Shown here: piece after piece, positions 35,020 to 41,953 of the stretch | Numbering within the stretch: the stretch's first letter is position 1 | Layout of the letters: each line of letters starts with the position of its first letter | Made by a program: the position numbers and the translations under genes | Source: Octopus bimaculoides | Lineage: Eukaryota | DNA length: 41,953 bases | Assembly: GCF_001194135.2 (NCBI RefSeq) | Contig: NC_068983.1 | Location: 109,044,554 to 109,086,506, forward strand | Reading direction: 5' to 3' | Notes under the pieces: model-generated | What the model saw: the letters and a program-made list of their open reading frames with translations, nothing else | Database searches by the model: none | Told to the model about the DNA's origin: nothing

Positions 35020-35388
35020 GTGGAGACGCAATGGCCCAGTGGTTAGGGCAGCGGACTCATGGTCATAGGATCGCAGTTTCAATTCCCAGACCGGGCGTTG
35101 TGAGTGTTTATTGAGCGAAAACACCTAAAGTTCCACGAGGCTCCGGCAGGGTGTGGTGGCGAACCCTGCTGTACTCTTTCACCACAACTTTCTCTCACTC
35201 TTACTTCCTGTTTCTGTTGTGCCTGTAATTCAAAGGGTCAGCCTTGTCACACTGAATATCCCCGAGAACTACGTTAAGGGTACGCATGCCTGTGGAGTGC
35301 TCAGCCACTTGCACATTAATTTCACGAGCAGGCTGTTCCGTTGATCGGATCAACTGGAACCCTCGACGTCGTAAGCGATGGAGTGCCA
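35020..35388 (+). mobile_element. tRNA-derived SINE, family A (10-bp internal deletion, almost no tail)
   Basis: Collinear with 12084-12471; TSD ACTTTAGATA at 35010-35019 and 35389-35398. Confidence 0.95.
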
Positions 35389-35949
35389 ACTTTAGATAAT
35401 TGAAGGACTGTAGGTATACAAATTATTGAAATATATAAATTATTAAAGTATAAATGAATGAAATACATCTGGTGTAGAGTTTTGAAACAGAACTGTTGTA
35501 TTGCAATATATATATATATTTTTACTTATATTAAAATGATTTATGTCAAGTGAAAAAATTTAGCAGAAAGTATATTTACATTAATATCCAAATGAAAGCG
35601 ATAGAGATTAGAACAGTAAAACTGGCAATTATATTTGAAATAATTGTCAATATGAGGATTATGCAAACTAGAGCAGACTTGAATAATGTATTGATGGTTA
35701 TTAATATTTTAATTAGAAGCTAAAGTACATGACTTTGCATACAAATAAAAATTGATTTGTTTTTATTTAGCCAAAGCCATTCCAAGCTGGGAATTCATTA
35801 TCTATATTTTATTTTTATGCGGTTTTTTTTTCCTGTTGTTTAGTCTGCAGAGGAGGGACATGTCTATAACATTTTCAGATGTGTAATAATAGTGAAGCTG
35901 TTATTCAGTTAGAACATCTGTAAGTTGATGTCTACATAATTACAAACAT

Positions 35950-36620
35950 TATATCCAGGAAGCTGCAGCATGGGGAACAATAACTGAAAAATTCAGAATC
36001 AGGGAGAAAGAAGAGGAGCATAAGCAAAAGGGTAGGTAACTAGTGATAAGTCTCCAAACCATTGAATTAGTAACAGAAAAGAAGTCAGTGACTGTAGTCT
36101 GTTACTGAGTAGAACCTTGCCAATCACTGAGTGACTTTCTAGATGCTTTCAGAAATCTTCATGTTTCAGTAGTATTTCCCAAATATGTGACAAGTACACT
36201 GAATGTGGGTCAAATTTCAACTTTGTAGAAAATCATAATGGGATTTGAATATTTTCCTTCCCATGGAGAGAAAGCTTTGTGAGATGTAGTTTTGGTAATG
36301 TTACAGGTATAAGTTTGCCTTAAGAAATTACTAAAAATTGCAGAAAATTTGAGAGCTTTAATGATGTGTTGATCATGCAAAGGCATAGTCTTGTATTCTG
36401 TTTTATTAATATGTGCAGCAATTGGTTGACAGCTTTCCTGACAACTGGTGTATGTCTCCAGTCAGTAGATCTGGTTATAGCAACCATATCAGTTGTCACA
36501 ATAGAAGGAGATTGACGGCGATAAAAGGGATGGGTTTTTTTCTGAGTTTCATCATCCCATTTGAGTAATTGGAAAGGAGAATGTAAAGCTGGTTGATAGT
36601 AGGGTCAGAGATAGTGCATC
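35950..36620 (-). mobile_element. CR1/L2-type LINE RT C-terminal remnant
   Basis: Minus strand IFYKVEI*PT (about 36204-36230) / YLSHIW (36179-36196) resemble LYKxxIRPxxEYCSHIW; upstream TDWR and CNITKTTSHK fit the same pattern. Boundaries are approximate. Confidence 0.5.
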
Positions 36621-38719
36621 TATAAACTGAAACAGGTCTTTATAGAAAAAGAAGAGTTTTTCAAGAACAAGAAGCTAACTTTGACATGCACAGTTCAGTA
36701 GTAATGGAAAAGACACTATCAAAGTCAAGTTCTAATCCCTAAAACAGAGCATTCCAGCATGACCATTCTATTTTATTCGCAAGCATGGAATTCTTTATCC
36801 AAAGTAACCTTCTGTTTTTCATGAAGTTAAGGGAGTGATCTGAAAAATATTTGACTGCTATTTCTAACAGCTCAAGCAACTAAATAGAGACTCTCAGTCG
36901 ATTTGTTGGACTGAATCAACAGATGAGAATGAGCTAAAATTAAATTAGCATTTTAAGAAAATGTAGATATTATTTTAACTCATTGATTGTAGACGAAAAT
37001 TTTGTGTTTGTATATTAATTCTCCAAAAATGCATAAAAAACTTACTGGGGGCACGGTGCCAAACTTTAGTTCATAATTTATGTATTCCAGATTTGTAATA
37101 AGTCATTGTTCTGTGAATAATCATTCCTTGTAAGAAATATAATTAGTGGTAATGCCTTCCTCTGCATTTCTCTAGATTCTACATTCTTCTAAACTATTAT
37201 GCCTTTCAACTAAGTAAATATGTGAGATGAAAGTATAATGTGTACTGACTGCATTGTTAATTATAAAATGAAATCAAATTTGATATTTAATACAAAGTTT
37301 TTACATATCTGTGATGGCAGTATTTAGCCAAAAACTTAAACTTTGCTAAATTTATGAAACAGAAAATATGACTTCCAAACTAATTATTTATGCTTCAGGA
37401 AAAATATCAGAATATTCAAGAGGATAACAGACACCCATGTCAATTAATATAAGAGTGCTGATGAAAGACATAAACGACGACTAGATTTGTTTTAAATTCG
37501 TTTCATATCCATTTAAACACAACTAAACCAACTGAAAGAGAAGTTTCAATTCAGCAGAAGGAGTAAAAGAAAATATCTATTAATTATACATTACCATCAC
37601 TGCATACAGAAGTGAGCAGTACTATGCAACAATACATGCTTAATATTAAATGGAGTGGGCATTTGAAAGAATTAATTAATTTTTCTTCTGCCTCTTCTTC
37701 TCTTTGTGTTTTAAGAGATTAACCATGTATGAGAGTTTAATGAATTGACTAAAACATATTTTGCTTCAGAAATTATCTGTATCACTATTGCTACTAATCT
37801 TATCATTAATTATTACAGGCACCAATGTGAGTCAGTTATCAAGGTATTTGATATCTTAGATTTCTCTTATGGATTCAAAACAGTGTATTTAATTTTTACA
37901 ACCCAAAGAGTTTATATTTACAGAAATGTTGATATTACTCCTGAACAACAAGTAATGCAGTGACAGGCACAAATTTTGGGGGTTGTTCAGTTGGGCCAAC
38001 GACATAGCTGTAGTATAATCAACCTATAAACACTTTTAGTATTTAAAAATATTTTAAAATTTATAATAAACTCAAATACCCATTTTCTAAATACTTCATA
38101 TTATAGTGAAGAAAGCTAAGAATATTTGTCATAAACACTCATCTTAGAGATAAATACAATAAACAGAAGAACTGTAAATTTGGTAGGTAAACTATAAAGC
38201 TGTTAGCTAATATTCATCAAATAACTGGAAAATGAATTTCTTGTACTTCTTTTCAATAAAATAAAGAACATTGTTAGTTTATTAAAACAATGTTAAAACA
38301 TGCAACTTAAATGTAATTTCATGGTTTGTCTTGTAGGATTTACTTCTGCCTTCTTCATGAAATATATCACTTTCAATTATTATTTATTTTTTTAAATACT
38401 CAGATAGTTTATATTGATACCCTTTTCAAGATATAAGGAACTCCAGATTCAGAAAACCAAAAGATCAACAATTTTTTATCTGAGATAGACTAATGTTCCT
38501 ATTATTAACCCACAAATACAATTAACAAGTACTGATGTGTTTATATAATAAACAAATCTTTGATTCTTCTGACATGTTTTTCTTAAACAGGTATTAAGTT
38601 AATTAAATTCTACCATAGTAGTAGAAAAATGATAGCACACATGACCTTCAGTAGTATTTCCAAGAATGGTGGGGAAGAGGAAGGAATAAATCCTGATTTA
38701 TGGCTGATCCTCAGATCAG

Positions 38720-38890
38720 AGACTTGTGCCCAATACTTGCAAGAGAAGATACTAAAAGACACTGAAGGTTAAATTTTATTAGTAAATTAGGTAACAGGTT
38801 AAGTCTACCTTCCAAGAACAAGTGCAATCCATTCAACTGACTTCCACACAGTTTCTGTCCACCAAATTCACTCACAATGCTGATGTCAAG
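38720..38890 (-). mobile_element. Family C SINE fragment, degenerate
   Basis: GACTTCCACACAGTTTCTGTCCACCAAATTCACTCACAATG is the reverse complement of family C TGTGAGTGGATTTGGTAGACGGAAACTG. Confidence 0.45.
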
Positions 38891-39108
38891 TCAAATGCTT
38901 TGGTTTCAGAACACAAGCAAAGTGCCATGTAGTTGAATCAAAAGAACATCTCAACTGCACAGTTACGTCTGTGTCTCAGTATGTCAAAGCTAATAAATAA
39001 TAATAGTATAGATGTAATAAATCTAAACTATTATAAGAGTCACAGCCTTATTATATTTCATAGTCATGCACATCCGTAAAATAATTTGGTAATGAAATAC
39101 CTAATCTA

Positions 39109-39235
39109 CAGGGTGTCCACAAAGTCTGGGTACATGGGGATTAACACATACTTTAAGAAATTATTATTTCTTATATTTAATTGTTTATGTTATGATTTTA
39201 TTTACTCCATGTACCCAGACTTTGTGGACACCCTG
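39109..39235. mobile_element. 127-bp Tc1/mariner-type MITE
   Basis: Perfect 29-bp TIRs: CAGGGTGTCCACAAAGTCTGGGTACATGG (39109-39137) and its reverse complement (39207-39235). TA on both sides (39107-39108, 39236-39237). Confidence 0.93.
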
Positions 39236-39419
39236 TATAATATATGTGGATATTACAATATATAGAATTTTTCCATTTGCTATATTCTTTAATATTCATT
39301 ATTTTATAAGGTTCAAAACGTTTATCACGTTACCTATATCATTTGTATTATATTCTCACTCATATCTTTGATAAAGTTTTATTATTTAAAATATTCTGAA
39401 CATACATTGTATCTACAAG

Positions 39420-39440
39420 AATATATATATNNNNNNNNNN

Positions 39441-39480
<40 letters not shown>
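39420..39480 (+). repeat. (AT)n microsatellite containing a 10-N gap (39431-39440)
   Basis: Direct read. Confidence 0.95.
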
Positions 39481-39483
<3 letters not shown>

Positions 39484-40102
39484 TATGTTAAACAACATAA
39501 ATTTCTGATAATTTATTTCTCATATCAAATTTCCCAAAAAACACCACTTGATAGATGTTCAAAAATAGAAGATATATTTCATTATACAAATCAAAAGTTG
39601 ACAAAATGTAGCAAAAATATTGATTGGTTTCCATGGTAAAATATTTGATATTGAAAAGAAAAATGCCATTCCATCAAGTGTAAATGCATCTTCAGTTGCT
39701 GACATGTTTAACACGTTCTTCATTGACTGAAAAAATATTCACTCTAATTTCTACTCCTTTAATCTCGTTATTCTGTGTGATAAAATTACTGACAGTGTAA
39801 TTTTATCTCTAAGTACCCTTAGCCTAACAAAGGATCAAGAATTAAAAGAAATTTTTTTCTTCTTTAATTATCCCTCAATTTGATGTTTGTCTTCATGGTA
39901 TTCCTAATATTTTTTTTCATAAAAATACCTGTCACATAGAGTAGGCTACATTAAAAATGAAAATTTAATATATGGTCTGATTATCAACATTTTGGTAACT
40001 TATCACATAGTATTTATTAAATTACTCCCTTATTTCAGGGAGTAATTTAAAATTTGTGCAGAGAAATTTAAGAAAAAATACTCATTAAAAAATATATATA
40101 TA

Positions 40103-40505
40103 GGCACAGGAGTGGCTGTGTGGTAAGTAGCTTGCTTACCAATCACATGGTTCTGGGTTTAGTCCCACTGTGTGACATCTTGGGCAAGTGTCTTTTACTA
40201 TAGCCTCAAGCCGACCAAAGCCTTGTGGGTGGATTTGGTAGACGGAAACTGAAAGAAGCCCATTTTACATATATATACATATATATATATATATGTATGT
40301 ATTTGTGTGTCGCTGTTTGTCCCCCCAACATTGCTTGACCACTGATGCTGGTGTGTTTACATCCCTGTAACTTAGCAGTTCAGCAAAAGAGATCCGATAG
40401 AATAAGTACTAGGCTTACAAAGAATAAGTTCTGGGGTCAATTTGCTCGACTGAAGGTAGTGCTCCAGCATGGCCACAGTCAAATGACTGAAACAAATTAA
40501 AGAAT
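40103..40505 (+). mobile_element. Family C tRNA-derived SINE with internal microsatellite
   Basis: Collinear with 8003-8388. Confidence 0.9.
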
Positions 40506-40948
40506 AGGATTGGAAAATATAGTACCCCATGCTACTATCTATTAGTACATCTCTAAACATCTTATATTTCAAAATGCGGTGGGGAGAAATGCTGGACATG
40601 TACTTTAAAAAAAGAAAAACTCTCTGATTTTGATAAAAATAGCATGTGATATTAATGTTTTTCATAACTACAATTATCATCATTTGTTGTTACAGGCGTT
40701 ATCATAGTAATAGACATCATTATTGTATGTTCCTAAGAGATCTCTGTATTGTTCTAGATCAATGAAATGTTTTAACGATACAGATACATTATACACATTA
40801 ACTGGCATAAGTCTGGAAAGAATGCTCAGTATGTGGGAAGTACAAGTGAGAAAATGAAATGTGCACTGGAGTCCATTCATTAAAATTTGAGAAGTAATTT
40901 CATAGCTACCAAGATATCCTTAATTGTTTATGATTATTCAGGTGGCAA

Positions 40949-40950
<2 letters not shown>

Positions 40951-40986
<36 letters not shown>
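40951..40986 (+). repeat. (AT)18 microsatellite
   Basis: Direct read. Confidence 0.95.
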
Positions 40987-40990
<4 letters not shown>

Positions 40991-41130
40991 ATCATCATCA
41001 TCATCATTTAACATCTGCTTTCTATGCTGGCATAGGTTAAACAGTTTGACTGGAACTAGCAAGCCGGAAGGCTGCACCAGGTTCCAGTCTGATTTGGCAT
41101 GGTTTCTATGGCTGGATGCCCTTCCTAACG
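40987..41130 (-). mobile_element. Family D (RTE-type) 3' fragment with (GAT)n tail
   Basis: Collinear with 17640-17780 (GCTGCACCAGGTTCCAGTCTGATTTGGCATGGTTTCTATGGCTGGATGCCCTTC). Confidence 0.85.
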
Positions 41131-41166
41131 ATGTTTAGAGCTGTACTAACAGATAGTAGCGAGGGA

Positions 41167-41169
<3 letters not shown>

Positions 41170-41231
<62 letters not shown>

Positions 41232-41262
41232 TGTGTGTGTATGTATATATATATATATATGT
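41170..41262 (+). repeat. (TA)30 plus TG/TA tail
   Basis: Direct read. Confidence 0.95.
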
Positions 41263-41282
41263 GTATAGGTGGAGAGAGAGAG

Positions 41283-41575
41283 ATGCATAGTTTCGTACTT
41301 AAGTGTGTTGCACTCATGGTTGTGAGATCATGGTTTTGAATGTCAGACCAGCTGTACATTGTATTCTTGAGTAAAATGCTTCATGTTGCTCCAGCCCACT
41401 CCTCTGTAAATGGGTAACCCTGCAATACTGACTACTGACCAGGGGGTTTGGAGGCATGTTTGCCAAGTCAGTGGAGTAGCATCACTCAAAAGCTGAAAAA
41501 AACAATGCAAAGTACCTTGTGACCAGCAACATGTAACAATATCTGATAGTCTAGTTGATCATGTCATCACATGCT
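41283..41575 (+). mobile_element. Degenerate tRNA-headed SINE, family F-like
   Basis: Head similar to 3246-3320; 3' boundary uncertain. Confidence 0.4.
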
Positions 41576-41603
41576 ACACACACATGTATCTATATCTATA
41601 TAT

Positions 41604-41790
41604 AGATGCACACATGGTTGTGTTGTTAAGAAATTCTTTTCTCATCCATAAGAAGGCAAATTCAGTCAAATTGCATGACACTTTGTGCAAGTGTTTTCTA
41701 CTACAGCCCCAGGATAATTAGTGAGTGGATTTGGAAGACAGAAACAGAAAGAAGTCTGATGTGTGTGTGTGTGTGTGTGGTCTTTTATTT
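41604..41790 (+). mobile_element. Family C SINE 5' half, degenerate
   Basis: GCAAGTGTTTTCTACTACAGCCC...GTGAGTGGATTTGGAAGACAGAAACAGAAAGAAGTC followed by (TG)n, as in the other family C copies. Confidence 0.65.
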
Positions 41791-41953
41791 TTAATTGGCA
41801 TAAAGTTGCATATGTAACTAAAAGGCCCAGAGTTTCGTACATGTCACTTATCTATCTGATAATAATCTGCATCAACAAATTCTGTCTAACTCATGAGAAC
41901 CTGAAAAAATAGACATTAAAACAGTGATGATGATGGTGACTATATATATATAT

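Noticed and set aside
1-41953. A novel multi-gene or defence-type system
   Set aside because: No intact coding region of any recognisable family exists in the window; all protein-like signals are decayed transposon remnants.

Overview
AT-rich eukaryotic genomic DNA with two assembly gaps (501 N at 2050-2550, 10 N at 39431-39440). The repeat families and microsatellite load look like a coleoid cephalopod, most likely Octopus; this is inferred from recalled repeat sequences, not from a search. No protein-coding host gene can be supported. The ORF track consists of microsatellite translations, gap-spanning frames, antisense reads of transposon remnants and short unrecognised frames. The window holds: (i) several SINE-like families, four copies with clear 10-14 bp target-site duplications; (ii) decayed LINE remnants of R4/Dong (REL endonuclease), RTE and CR1/L2 types; (iii) a decayed Penelope-like reverse transcriptase not visible in the ORF track; (iv) a Tc1 transposase remnant, a 127-bp Tc1/mariner MITE with perfect TIRs, a Helitron-like end and a hAT-like end. 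Most worth a second look are an isolated CpG cluster with Inr and splice-donor motifs at 6.6-7.0 kb (candidate promoter or first exon), two interleaved inverted-repeat pairs at 9.6-11.0 kb, a recurring SINE/(TAA)n/retroelement/(TAA)n/SINE stack, and a ~13-kb stretch without young SINEs. I did not find a convincing novel multi-gene system. Family labels A-F are local to this report.
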